DNA from: Candidatus Asbonarchaeum danakilense
Lineage (GTDB): Archaea; Nanohalarchaeota; Nanosalinia; Nanosalinales; Nanoanaerosalinaceae
Reading direction: 5' to 3'
DNA length: 20,413 nucleotides
NCBI GenBank assembly: GCA_034190465.1
Contig: JAXINV010000001.1
Span: 19,836 to 40,248 of the forward strand
Shown: positions 6,836 through 16,121 of the stretch, piece after piece
How positions within the stretch are numbered: the stretch's first letter is position 1
Layout of the letters: each line of letters starts with the position of its first letter
Program-made: the position numbers and the translations under genes
Notes under the pieces: generated by a model
Database searches by the model: none
Seen by the model: only the letters and a program-made list of their open reading frames with translations
What the model was told of the DNA's origin: nothing

Positions 6836-7036
6836 TCAGAAGTCCTTGTGGACCCAGTACCGTTCGATCTTGTCGCCGTTGATCCAGTGGATCTCGTCCG
6901 CGGCATCGACCTTGAAGACGTTGTTGTCGTCGTGGAACGAGACGTTGTGGAGATGAAGTTCGTGTTCGACGCCTGAGTCCATCCAGACCATGACCTCGCC
7001 GGCTTCCTTCAGCTTGTGCTTGACCTGTTCGTACAT
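6836..7036 (-). CDS. 66-aa His-rich, beta-rich hypothetical protein (Sm-like fold possible)
   Basis: MYEQVKHKL...HELHLHNV...YWVHKDF. An SD-like GTGAG precedes ATG 7036, with TTTAAA upstream. Confidence 0.75.
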   Translation of the reverse strand: MYEQVKHKLKEAGEVMVWMDSGVEHELHLHNVSFHDDNNVFKVDAADEIHWINGDKIERYWVHKDF

Positions 7037-7121
7037 CTTTCTCACGGAGGATGATTGGTTCTGCGGGTTTAAATCATCCCCGGTACCCGACTTTTTATGC
7101 GGTGCTTCCCAAGATTGTACC

Positions 7122-7538
7122 ATGACGACACACCGGGCGCTGGTGCTGGAGGTCACGCAGGATCCGACACGGTTCTTCTCGGAGATCGCGGAGCACCTCC
7201 ACGTCGGTGAGGGCACTGTCGAGGACAAGATCGGTGACCTGGAGCAACAGGGACTGCTGAAAGGGTATGAACTGGAGGTAGATGCCGATAAGTTCGATAA
7301 GGAGTCGGTCGCTGTCGTCGGCTTCCAGTCGACGCCCGGGGCGTTCGCGGAGCTGCTGGAGGAGCTTGAAGGCAGGGAGGAGCTGGTCGATATGGTTAGC
7401 TCTGAGGAGGATCACATGGTCCTCGTCGAGGCGATGTTCGACGGCCCCGAAGAGATGCAGGCGTTCATCGATACGTTCGATGAGGAGAACGGTGTGCACA
7501 GGGTCAGTCCGGCGGTCGTGCTCCACCGTGCAGACTGA
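7122..7538 (+). CDS. Lrp/AsnC family transcriptional regulator
   Basis: HTH segment FSEIAEHLHVGEGTVEDKIGDLEQQGLLKGY followed by a RAM-like domain. ATG 7122 follows TTTTTAT (7092-7098). Confidence 0.85.
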   Translation: MTTHRALVLEVTQDPTRFFSEIAEHLHVGEGTVEDKIGDLEQQGLLKGYELEVDADKFDKESVAVVGFQSTPGAFAELLEELEGREELVDMVSSEEDHMVLVEAMFDGPEEMQAFIDTFDEENGVHRVSPAVVLHRAD

Positions 7539-7591
7539 TACCGGTCATTTTAAATTCGGTCGCGTCCATTGTATCGGTAGGTGATTACGTG

Positions 7592-7777
7592 ATGGGACTT
7601 CTCAGTGGAAGCAAAAAATGCGCGCAGTGCGGTAAAGATCTGTCGGACGTTGAAGATGTTGTCGAACAGGGCGGTAAGAAATTCTGTTCCAAGGATCACG
7701 CCGAAACGTTCGAGGAAGAGCACAGCGCTGACGACCACGACGACGAAGAGGACCGCGACGTCTGCGAGTTCTGTTGA
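7592..7777 (+). CDS. Small TRASH/YHS-like metal-binding protein
   Basis: CAQC...KKFCSKDH, a His/acidic tail and a terminal CEFC. SD AGGTGA lies upstream, and GTG 7589 is an alternative start. Confidence 0.75.
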   Translation: MGLLSGSKKCAQCGKDLSDVEDVVEQGGKKFCSKDHAETFEEEHSADDHDDEEDRDVCEFC

Positions 7778-7799
7778 GATCGTCCACTATACGCCGGAG

Positions 7800-7906
7800 C
7801 GGGGGAAGCCCCGGTCCGCCTTCTCTACCTTTATAAAATTTACATGTGTAATTTCCCTCCTGACCGGCCGCTAACGGGGGAAGCCACCGTGTTGATACCT
7901 TTATAA
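7800..7906 (+). promoter_or_regulatory. Duplicated promoter module upstream of the RNA polymerase operon
   Basis: CGGGGGAAGCC occurs at 7800-7810 and 7875-7885. TACCTTTATAA occurs at 7826-7836 and 7896-7906. Confidence 0.65.
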
Positions 7907-8011
7907 GAGTTATGTGGTAAGTCGTGCCCACCTTGCATGCAAGCACGCTGTGGCTTCTACGTCGAAACGAACCGTGCACCGCGTTAGCCATTCCACGCCA
8001 GGGGGATAACT

Positions 8012-8248
8012 GTGGCTATTGAGATAGAGAACCACGAGCTCGTACCAGAGCATCGGACGATGGAGGAAGACGAGGTAAACGAACTTCTGGAAGAATTCAA
8101 CATCGAGAAGGAGGACCTCCCGGAGATGACGACCGATGACGCGATGACGAAGCGCCTTGACGTAGAGCCCGGCGATGTTGTCGAGATCACGCGGGATTCC
8201 CCGACCGCGGGCGAAACAACGTACTATCGACGAGTGACGGAGGAGTAG
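8012..8248 (+). CDS. rpoH: DNA-directed RNA polymerase subunit H (Rpo5)
   Basis: HELVPEH...LP...D...GDVVEITRDSPTAGETTYYRRV, in the expected operon position. Confidence 0.97.
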   Translation: MAIEIENHELVPEHRTMEEDEVNELLEEFNIEKEDLPEMTTDDAMTKRLDVEPGDVVEITRDSPTAGETTYYRRVTEE

Positions 8249-9715
8249 ATGATGCAGAAACAGTTCCTCGAACGCATGGTGGAGGGCAACCTGGTTGAGC
8301 ACCAGATCGAGTCCTACAACGAGTTCGTCAACGAACGTATCCAGGCTATTCTGAACGAGGTCGGTGAGATCGAACCCGACCTGCCGGGCGGTGAAGAGCT
8401 TGTCATCAAGCTCGGCGAGATGGAGATTGAGGAGCCGATGGTCAAGGAGGCCGACGGCTCCATGGCGAAGGTAACGCCCAGCGAGGCGAAGAAACGAGAT
8501 ATCACATACGCATCACGGATCAGGGTCAAGATGACCCCGATCTTCGAAGGTGTCAAGCAGGAGCCGGAGACCGTCACGATCGGCGAGATCCCGGTGATGG
8601 TCGGTTCCGACCTGTGCCCGACCAGCGACATGACCCGCGAGGAGCTCATCGACGCGGACGAGGACCCCGAGGACCCTGGCGGCTACTTCATCATCAACGG
8701 CTCCGAGAAGACGATCGTCTCGATGGAGGAGATGGCGAACAACAAGCCGATCTTCCAGTTCGACGATGATGAGGAGATCTGCCGTATCAATTCTGAACGA
8801 ACGGGCTACGTGCAGCGCCATGTGTTGCGACGCGACGACGGGATCGTCAACATCTCGTTCGCGAACGTGAAGAAGACGCCTGCCGTCGTCATCATGCGTG
8901 CCTGTGGCATGGAGACGGACAAGGAGATCGTCGAGGCGATCTCTGACGAGTACGAGGGCGAGGTCTACCTCAACCTGTACGACACCGAGGTCGAGACGCC
9001 GGAGGAGGCGATCGACTACATCGGCCGGCATTCCGGTATCAATAAGGACCGTGACGAGCGTGTCCAGGAGATCCTGGACCAGTACCTGCTCCCGCACCTG
9101 GGCCAGGAGAAGGATGCCCGGATGGAGAAGGCGGAGTATCTCGGTAAGCTGATCAAGAACGTGATCGCGCTCGGGAAGGGCAAGATCCAGGAGGACGATA
9201 TGGATCACTACGCGAACAAGCGGCTCAACCTTGCCGGCGACCTGCTGGAGATGCAGTTCCGTAGCGTGTTCCTTGGCAAGTGGGGCTTCGTGGCGCGGAT
9301 GAAGTACAACTTCCAGAAGTCCGCGAAGCGGGGCCGCCTGCCGTCGCTGCAGTCGACGGTGGTGTCGGACACGCTGTCCGACCAGATCATGTCCGCGATG
9401 GCGACCGGCAACTGGGTCGGTGGCAGGACGGGTGTGTCCCAGCGGATGGAGCGTGGCAACATGATCAAGACGCTCAGCCACCTCCGCCAGGTCAACTCGC
9501 CGCTGAGTTCGCAGCGCCAGCACTTCGAGGCACGTGAGCTGCACCCGACGCACTGGGGGCGGCTGTGCCCGATCAAGACGCCGGAGGGTATGAACATCGG
9601 CCTCCGGAAGCACCTGGCGATCTCTGCGGACGTGTCGAGCGGGATGGACGAGAAACAGCGCAACCTCCTCAGGCAGCGGCTTGAGGACCGGGGCGTTGAA
9701 CGAGGTGATAGCTGA
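8249..9715 (+). CDS. rpoB2: DNA-directed RNA polymerase subunit B'' (Rpo2N)
   Basis: DPGGYFIINGSEK, DHYANKRL, TGVSQ and ARELHPTHWGRLCPIKTPEGMNIGL. Confidence 0.97.
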   Translation: MMQKQFLERMVEGNLVEHQIESYNEFVNERIQAILNEVGEIEPDLPGGEELVIKLGEMEIEEPMVKEADGSMAKVTPSEAKKRDITYASRIRVKMTPIFEGVKQEPETVTIGEIPVMVGSDLCPTSDMTREELIDADEDPEDPGGYFIINGSEKTIVSMEEMANNKPIFQFDDDEEICRINSERTGYVQRHVLRRDDGIVNISFANVKKTPAVVIMRACGMETDKEIVEAISDEYEGEVYLNLYDTEVETPEEAIDYIGRHSGINKDRDERVQEILDQYLLPHLGQEKDARMEKAEYLGKLIKNVIALGKGKIQEDDMDHYANKRLNLAGDLLEMQFRSVFLGKWGFVARMKYNFQKSAKRGRLPSLQSTVVSDTLSDQIMSAMATGNWVGGRTGVSQRMERGNMIKTLSHLRQVNSPLSSQRQHFEARELHPTHWGRLCPIKTPEGMNIGLRKHLAISADVSSGMDEKQRNLLRQRLEDRGVERGDS

Positions 9716-11508
9716 TGGCAGATGTATACTTTGACGGAGAACTGTTAGGGACCCACGACAACCCTGAGGAGCTACGTGAGACGGTTGTCGAGAAGCGACG
9801 AAACGGCGAACTGGACCAGGAGATCAATATCAGCTACGACGAGGACAAGGACGAGGTACGCATCGAGACTGATTCCGGACGTGTCCGGCGTCCTGTCGTG
9901 ATCGTCGAGGACGGCGAACCCCTGCTGACCGAGGACCACGTGGAGAAGCTGAACAACAAGGAGCTCTCCATCCGTGACCTGGTCGAGGAGGGTGTCGTCG
10001 AGTATCTGGACGCTGAAGAGGAGGAGAACGCCTACGTCGCGATGGACCGGGACGAGGTGACCGAGGAACATACGCACATGGAGCTCGACCCGGCGACGAC
10101 GCACGGTATCTCCGCGTCGACGGTCGTCTACCCGCAGCACAACCGTGGTGACCGTGTCAACTACGGGGCGAAGATGGCCGGCCAGGGCCTTGGCATGTTC
10201 ATGCGGAACTTCCATGACCGGTACGATACACGGGCGGACGTGATGAACTACCCGCAGGCGCCGATCGTGGAGACGCGGACGTACGACCATATCATCGAGA
10301 ACCATCCGATCGGGCAGAACATGGTCATCGCGATCTCGAGCTTCGAGGGCTACAACATCGAGGACGCTGTGATCTTCAACAAGTCCTCGATCGAGCGTGG
10401 CCTGGCCCGGTCCCACCACTTCCGTACCTATACTACGGAGTCACGTCGGTACTGGGGCGGGCAGAAGGACTCGATCACCGTTCCTGACAAGGACACGCGC
10501 GGCTACAAGTCGGAGGACGCGTACGCGAAGCTGGATCAGGACGGGATCGTCAATCCTGAGACGGAGGTCGAGTCTGGCGACGTGATCGTCGGCAAGACCT
10601 CGCCGCCGAAGTTCCTCGGCAGCTCCGAGGAGGTCAAGATGGGGCTGGCGGAGGAACGTGAGACGTCGAAGACCGTCCGCCACGGTGAATCCGGTGTCGT
10701 CGACAAGGTGATGCTGACGGAGACCGAGGAAGGCAACAAGCTCATCAAGACGAAGATGCGGACCGAGCGTATCCCGGAGCTGGGTGACAAGTTTGCGACC
10801 CGGCACGGGCAGAAGGGTGTTATCGGGCTGATCTCTCCTGAGCAGGATATGCCGTTCACGGATCAAGGTATCACGCCTGACATCGTGCTGTCAACGCACG
10901 CCATCCCGAGCCGTATGACTGTGTCGCAGCTCATCGAGGTCATCGGTGGCAAGGCTGCGGCGCTCCGCGGCGAGCAGACGGACGGCACGGTCTTCCATTC
11001 GGAGGACGAGGACGATCTGCGTGACACCTTGAAGGAGCTCGGCTTCCGGTACGACGGCAAGGAAGAGATGTACAACGGGGTCACGGGCAAGAAGATGGAT
11101 GCTGAGATATTCATCGGCCCCGGCTACTACCTGAAGCTCAGCCACATGGTCGAGGATAAGATCCACGCCCGTTCACGTGGCCCGGTCACGCTGCTGACGA
11201 AGCAGCCGACCGCAGGCCGTGCACGCGAGGGCGGCCTCCGGCTGGGAGAGATGGAGAAGGACGTTCTGGTCGGCCACGGTTCGGCCATGCTGCTGAAGGA
11301 GCGGTTCGGCTCGGATTCGACCGAGGCGTACGTCTGTGATGACTGCGGTGAGATCGGTATCTACGACCGCGAGGAGGACGTGACCTACTGTCCGAACTGT
11401 GACGACAGCGATGTCAGCGAGATCGAGGTCCCGCAGGCGTTCCTCCTGCTGCTGAACGAACTCAAGTCACTCATGATCGACCCGACACTCGAGGTCGAGG
11501 AGGAGTGA
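9715..11508 (+). CDS. rpoB1: DNA-directed RNA polymerase subunit B' (Rpo2C)
   Basis: GYNIEDA, GDKFATRHGQKG, PSRMT, KIHARSRGP, GGLRLGEMEKD and a C-terminal Zn finger. Confidence 0.97.
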   Translation: MADVYFDGELLGTHDNPEELRETVVEKRRNGELDQEINISYDEDKDEVRIETDSGRVRRPVVIVEDGEPLLTEDHVEKLNNKELSIRDLVEEGVVEYLDAEEEENAYVAMDRDEVTEEHTHMELDPATTHGISASTVVYPQHNRGDRVNYGAKMAGQGLGMFMRNFHDRYDTRADVMNYPQAPIVETRTYDHIIENHPIGQNMVIAISSFEGYNIEDAVIFNKSSIERGLARSHHFRTYTTESRRYWGGQKDSITVPDKDTRGYKSEDAYAKLDQDGIVNPETEVESGDVIVGKTSPPKFLGSSEEVKMGLAEERETSKTVRHGESGVVDKVMLTETEEGNKLIKTKMRTERIPELGDKFATRHGQKGVIGLISPEQDMPFTDQGITPDIVLSTHAIPSRMTVSQLIEVIGGKAAALRGEQTDGTVFHSEDEDDLRDTLKELGFRYDGKEEMYNGVTGKKMDAEIFIGPGYYLKLSHMVEDKIHARSRGPVTLLTKQPTAGRAREGGLRLGEMEKDVLVGHGSAMLLKERFGSDSTEAYVCDDCGEIGIYDREEDVTYCPNCDDSDVSEIEVPQAFLLLLNELKSLMIDPTLEVEEE

Positions 11509-11518
11509 GGTGATCACA

Positions 11519-13945
11519 ATGCGCAAAATTGATGAACTCAAGTTCGGCCTCATGCCACCGGAGAAGGTAGAAAACATCGCCGTCAAGCGGATCACGAAGG
11601 CGGAGGTCTACGACGCTGACGGCTATCCCGTCGAGGACGGTGTCATGGACCCGGCACTGGGTGTGCTGGACCCTGGCATGGTCTGTGGAACCTGTGGAGG
11701 CCGTATGCGTGACTGTAAGGGCCACTTCGGCTACATCGATCTCTCCAAGCCGGTGGTCAACGTGCTGTACGCGAAGAAGATACGGAACCTGATCCGGTTC
11801 ACATGTCGCGAGTGTCAGGCGCTGCTGACGAAGGACTCTGACAAGTCGCTGCGCAAGTCGAACCGGAAGACAACGTGTCCAGAATGTGAGGCCGAGCAGA
11901 AGGATGTCAGCATCGAGAAGCCGTACAGTTACTACGAGGGCGACGAGCAGCTGACCCCTGAAGATATCCAGGAACGTCTGGAGAAGATCCCGGATGAGAC
12001 AGCGGCGAAGCTGGGCGTGTCGGGCGGCCGGCCTGAGTGGCTGGTCATCGACAAGGTCCTCGTCCCGCCGGTGACGATCCGGCCGTCTATCACGCTGGAG
12101 AACGGCCAGCGGTCGGAGGACGATCTGACACACAAGCTGGTGGATGTGATCCGTATCAACCAGCGGCTGCGTAACAATATCGAGATCGAGGCGCCTGATT
12201 TCATCATCGACGACCTGTGGGAGCTGCTGCAGTACCACGTCGCGACGATGTTCGACAACGACCTGACAGGGGTGCCGCCGGCACGGCACCGTTCCGGCCG
12301 CTCACTGAAGTCCTTGATCGAACGGCTGAAGGGGAAGGAGGGGCGGTTCAGGCAGAACCTGATCGGGAAGCGTGCGAACTTCTCGGCACGTACTGTCATC
12401 TCGCCGGACCCGAACATCGGTATCAACGAGGTCGGTGTGCCGTATGAGATCGCGAAGCAGCTGACGATCCCGGTCAAGGTCAAGGAGGACAACATCGACG
12501 AGGTGGAGGAATGGATCATGAACGGTCCGGACACCCATCCCGGCGCCAACTACGTCTTCCGGCCTGACGGGTCGCGGAAGAAGGTAACCGATAACAATAG
12601 GGAGGAGCTTGTCGCGGAGCTGGAGCCTGGCTACACGGTGGAACGCCATCTGAAGGACGAGGACACGGTGTTGTTCAACCGGCAGCCGTCGCTCCACCGG
12701 CTCTCCATGATGGCGCACCATGTCAAGGTGATGCCGTACCGGACGTTCCGGCTGAACCTGGCTGTCTGTCCGCCGTACAACGCCGACTTCGACGGCGACG
12801 AGATGAACCTCCACGTCCCACAGACGGAGGAGGCTCGCGCCGAGGCGGAGGAACTGCTCGAGGTGCAGAACAATATCAAGTCACCGAAGTTCGGTGGCCC
12901 GATCATCGGCATGATGCAGGACCACATCTCCGGGCTGTTCCTGCTGTCCATGGAAGAGGAGATCCCCCGCGAGGACGCGTTCGACCTGCTGATCGCGGCT
13001 GGTCAGTACGACAAGGAGCTTCCCGATGGTGAGACGGTCAGCGGGAAGGAGCTGATTTCCCTGTTCATCCCGGACGAGGTCAACGTGGACAACGGTGATG
13101 TCCTGATCGAGGACGGTGAGCTGAAGGACGGTGTCATCGATGAGGACATGGTCGCCGACTACGGTGGCGAGATCATCAACCAGATCATGATCGAGGCGGA
13201 CGAGGAAACGGCGGTCACGTTCCTGAACACGGCGACGAAGCTCGGTGCGCTGTACCTCGACCGCCGCGGCTTCTCGATCAGTACCTCGGACCTCGAGGTG
13301 TCGAAGGAAGGTCGTGAAGAGATCCGGGAAGAGATTGATAAGGGCCGGGAAGAAGCACAGAAGATTCTCGAAGATTTCAAGAACGGCGATGTTGAGGCTA
13401 TGACCGGTAAGACGGTCCGCGAGACGTTTGAGGCCAAGATGACAAGCACGCTCCGTGGTATCTCGACGGAGGTGGAGAAGATCGTGGATGAGGACGTCCC
13501 AATGACGTCTGCCAGGGTCATGGCGGAGTCCGGTGCACGTGGCTCGATGACCAACCTGTCGGTTATGGCGGGCCTGCTCGGACAGGAGACTGTGAGCGGC
13601 AAGCGTATCAGCCGCGGCTTCAAGGACAGGAGTCTGCCCCACTTCCAGCCGGGAGACCTGTCTGCCCGCGCACGCGGGTTCGTAGATTCGTCCATCTATG
13701 GCGGGCTTGACCCGGACGAGATGTTCTACGAGGTCATGTCGGGTCGGGAAGGTCTGATGGACCAGTCGCTCCGGACACGGACGTCGGGCTACATGTACCG
13801 CCGTATCTCAAACGCGCTGCAGGACCTGTCGGTGGAGTATGACCGCTCTGTCCGTGCCGCTGACGGCACGATTGTCCAGTTCACAGCGGGCGAGGACGGT
13901 ATCGATCCGCAGAAGTCCGATAGAGGAGAGCTGATTGACGAGTAG
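11519..13945 (+). CDS. rpoA1: DNA-directed RNA polymerase subunit A' (Rpo1N)
   Basis: Catalytic motif YNADFDGDEMN, plus CKGHFG, GKEGRFR and FNRQPSLH. SD GAGGTGA precedes ATG 11519. Confidence 0.98.
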   Translation: MRKIDELKFGLMPPEKVENIAVKRITKAEVYDADGYPVEDGVMDPALGVLDPGMVCGTCGGRMRDCKGHFGYIDLSKPVVNVLYAKKIRNLIRFTCRECQALLTKDSDKSLRKSNRKTTCPECEAEQKDVSIEKPYSYYEGDEQLTPEDIQERLEKIPDETAAKLGVSGGRPEWLVIDKVLVPPVTIRPSITLENGQRSEDDLTHKLVDVIRINQRLRNNIEIEAPDFIIDDLWELLQYHVATMFDNDLTGVPPARHRSGRSLKSLIERLKGKEGRFRQNLIGKRANFSARTVISPDPNIGINEVGVPYEIAKQLTIPVKVKEDNIDEVEEWIMNGPDTHPGANYVFRPDGSRKKVTDNNREELVAELEPGYTVERHLKDEDTVLFNRQPSLHRLSMMAHHVKVMPYRTFRLNLAVCPPYNADFDGDEMNLHVPQTEEARAEAEELLEVQNNIKSPKFGGPIIGMMQDHISGLFLLSMEEEIPREDAFDLLIAAGQYDKELPDGETVSGKELISLFIPDEVNVDNGDVLIEDGELKDGVIDEDMVADYGGEIINQIMIEADEETAVTFLNTATKLGALYLDRRGFSISTSDLEVSKEGREEIREEIDKGREEAQKILEDFKNGDVEAMTGKTVRETFEAKMTSTLRGISTEVEKIVDEDVPMTSARVMAESGARGSMTNLSVMAGLLGQETVSGKRISRGFKDRSLPHFQPGDLSARARGFVDSSIYGGLDPDEMFYEVMSGREGLMDQSLRTRTSGYMYRRISNALQDLSVEYDRSVRAADGTIVQFTAGEDGIDPQKSDRGELIDE

Positions 13946-13955
13946 GTGATGAATC

Positions 13956-15344
13956 ATGCCAGAGAACAAGCTGAAGATGGGTGAGGAGGACCTCGAGCTC
14001 CCGGAACCGTACCAGGACCGGGACGATGCTGAGCAACTGAAGGAACGCTACCGGGACATGCTGTTTGAGCCCGGTGAGGCGATCGGCATCGTCGGCGCGC
14101 AGTCGATCTCGGAGCCGGCCACCCAGATGACGATGGAGACGTACCACAGCGCCGGTGCTGCGAAGGTGTCGATCACGCAGGGACTTCCGCGTATGATCGA
14201 GGTCGTGAATGCGCGACGGAACCCGAAGACACCGGTCATGAACATCTACCTGCATGACGAGTACCAGAGCCGCGAGGACGCGAAGGATGTCGCGGCGAAG
14301 ATCAAGGAGGTCACGTTCGACGACACGGTCCGGGAGGACACGCTGGACCTGATGAACCTGGAGCTCCGGTTCGTCCTGGACGAGGACGTGCTTGAGGAGT
14401 ACCGGGTGGAGAAGGACGATGTCGTCGCCAAGCTGAAGGACAAGCTGTCCAAGGCGGTCGTCAAGCGTGACGGTAACGAGATAACGATCTACCCTGAGGC
14501 GGATGACTACGATCTGACCGATCTGCAGGACATGAAGCAGAAGGCGATGGATCTCCGCCTGCAGGGCTTCAAAGGCGTTGAGGACGTCGTCATCTTTGAG
14601 GAGGACGGTGAGTGGCGCGTCCAGACCGCGGGTATCAACCTACGGAAGACGCTGAAGCTGGACGAGGTCGATGAGACCCGGACCCGGTGCAACGACCTGT
14701 TCGAGTTCGAGAAGGTGTTCGGCATCGAGGCGACCCGCAACCTGATCCTCGAGGAGCTGCAGGGCATCCTGGAGGAGCAGGGGATGACGGTCGATGTCCG
14801 CTGGCTGATGCTGATCGCGGACACGATGACGAAGGAGGGCGATATCCAGGGCGCCACCCGGTACGGTATCTGCGGTGGCAAGAACTCGGTGCTCGCCCGT
14901 GCGTCGTTCGAGGAGACGAAGAAGCACCTGACGACGGCAGCCATCAGCGGCGAGATCGACCCTCTGAACTCCATCGTGGAGAACATCATCCTGGGCCAGG
15001 TCATCCCGGCAGGGACAGGCCAGCTCGAGCTGCAGGCCAAGCCCGCGAAGGCGCCTGAGTCTGTGATTGAGAAGATTGAGGAGAAGCGGGAGGAACTTCG
15101 CCAGCGGAAGGAAGAGCGCATGGCGGAGCAGGAAGAAGCTGAAGCGGCCGAGGAAGAATCTGAGGACGAGGAGGCCGATGAGGCAGAGGTCGACTACGAG
15201 GACCTGGTGGATCGGACGATCGCCGACATCAAGCAGTACGCTGAGGAGCACGAGCTCGATATGGAGCAGCTGCTCGAGGCGGAAAAGGCAAACAAGGATA
15301 GAAAAACCTTAAAAAGCTGGATTGAGGACCAACTGGAGGAGTAA
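13956..15344 (+). CDS. rpoA2: DNA-directed RNA polymerase subunit A'' (Rpo1C) with acidic C-terminal extension
   Basis: [33 protein letters not shown] and ENIILGQ...GTG. SD AGGTGA is present. Confidence 0.97.
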   Translation: MPENKLKMGEEDLELPEPYQDRDDAEQLKERYRDMLFEPGEAIGIVGAQSISEPATQMTMETYHSAGAAKVSITQGLPRMIEVVNARRNPKTPVMNIYLHDEYQSREDAKDVAAKIKEVTFDDTVREDTLDLMNLELRFVLDEDVLEEYRVEKDDVVAKLKDKLSKAVVKRDGNEITIYPEADDYDLTDLQDMKQKAMDLRLQGFKGVEDVVIFEEDGEWRVQTAGINLRKTLKLDEVDETRTRCNDLFEFEKVFGIEATRNLILEELQGILEEQGMTVDVRWLMLIADTMTKEGDIQGATRYGICGGKNSVLARASFEETKKHLTTAAISGEIDPLNSIVENIILGQVIPAGTGQLELQAKPAKAPESVIEKIEEKREELRQRKEERMAEQEEAEAAEEESEDEEADEAEVDYEDLVDRTIADIKQYAEEHELDMEQLLEAEKANKDRKTLKSWIEDQLEE

Positions 15345-15347
15345 GCA

Positions 15348-15620
15348 ATGAGTTTCAAGGAAGAACTGCAGAGTGCAGCGGAGGATGACCGGCTTGTGGT
15401 CGGTACCAGTGAGACGATCAAGCAGATGGACGACCTTGAACGTGTGATCGTCGCTGGCAACGCCCCGGCTGAGCTCGCTGACAGGGTCCGGGACGCAGCA
15501 GACGGTACCGATCTTGATGTCGAGGTCTTCGACGGCACGAACCAGGAGCTCGGTTCGCTGTGCCGGAAGCCGTTCGCTGCCTCCACGGTAGGTATTAAAA
15601 AAGTGACTGGCATAAAGTGA
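15348..15620 (+). CDS. rpl30e: 50S ribosomal protein L30e
   Basis: LVVGTSETIK, VIVAGNAP and FDGTNQELGSLCRKPF. It sits in the canonical position between rpoA'' and nusA. Confidence 0.92.
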   Translation: MSFKEELQSAAEDDRLVVGTSETIKQMDDLERVIVAGNAPAELADRVRDAADGTDLDVEVFDGTNQELGSLCRKPFAASTVGIKKVTGIK

Positions 15621-15626
15621 GAACAG

Positions 15627-16052
15627 ATGTCTGCAAGTATCAAGTTTGACACGGAAACCATCCGCAGTATCAATCTCTTCGAGGAAATCACCGGCGTCGA
15701 GGTCATGGACGCTATCACCCATGACGACAAGGCGTACTTCGTCGTCGAGGAGGGCAAGGTCGGTCTCGCCATCGGCAAGGGCGGTGAGACGATCAAGAAA
15801 GTGCAGCGCAACCTTGACAGGGATGTCAAGGTCTACGAGTACTCCGACAGTCTCAAGGAGTTCGTTGAGAACTTGGTCCCGGCGGATGTGAGTTCGGTGA
15901 AGTACGACCGGTCCGGTGAGAACAAGGTCGTGAAGATCGGCGTGGACCGCAGCGACTGGTCCCGCGTGGTCGGGAAGGACGGCAGGAACATCGACATCAT
16001 CAAGCGTTTCCTGAAGCGGGAGTTCGATGTCGATGATGTGAAGGTCGAGTGA
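15627..16052 (+). CDS. nusA: Archaeal NusA (two KH domains)
   Basis: GLAIGKGGETIK and VVGKDGRNI KH motifs, in the expected operon position. Confidence 0.95.
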   Translation: MSASIKFDTETIRSINLFEEITGVEVMDAITHDDKAYFVVEEGKVGLAIGKGGETIKKVQRNLDRDVKVYEYSDSLKEFVENLVPADVSSVKYDRSGENKVVKIGVDRSDWSRVVGKDGRNIDIIKRFLKREFDVDDVKVE

Positions 16053-16065
16053 CAGGACGGTTGAC

Positions 16066-16104
16066 ATATTTATAAAGTTTGCCGTAGAACCGTTCGCTAC
16101 GGCA
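16066..16104 (+). promoter_or_regulatory. Internal promoter for rps12-rps7 with a palindrome over the predicted start site
   Basis: TATTTATAAA is followed by the inverted repeat TGCCGTAG-N9-CTACGGCA (16080-16104). Confidence 0.6.
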
Positions 16105-16121
16105 CGGACAAGCGTGATACT

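Noticed and set aside
7950..8010. Replication origin (ORB-like TTCTACGTCGAAACGAA, G-strings)
   Set aside because: There is only a single weak match, no inverted ORB pair around an AT-rich unwinding element, and no orc1/cdc6 nearby.
8249..15344. Split B and A subunits or inteins as a novelty
   Set aside because: The A'/A'' and B''/B' splits are well known in archaea. The subunit lengths leave no room for inteins, and no intein motifs were seen.
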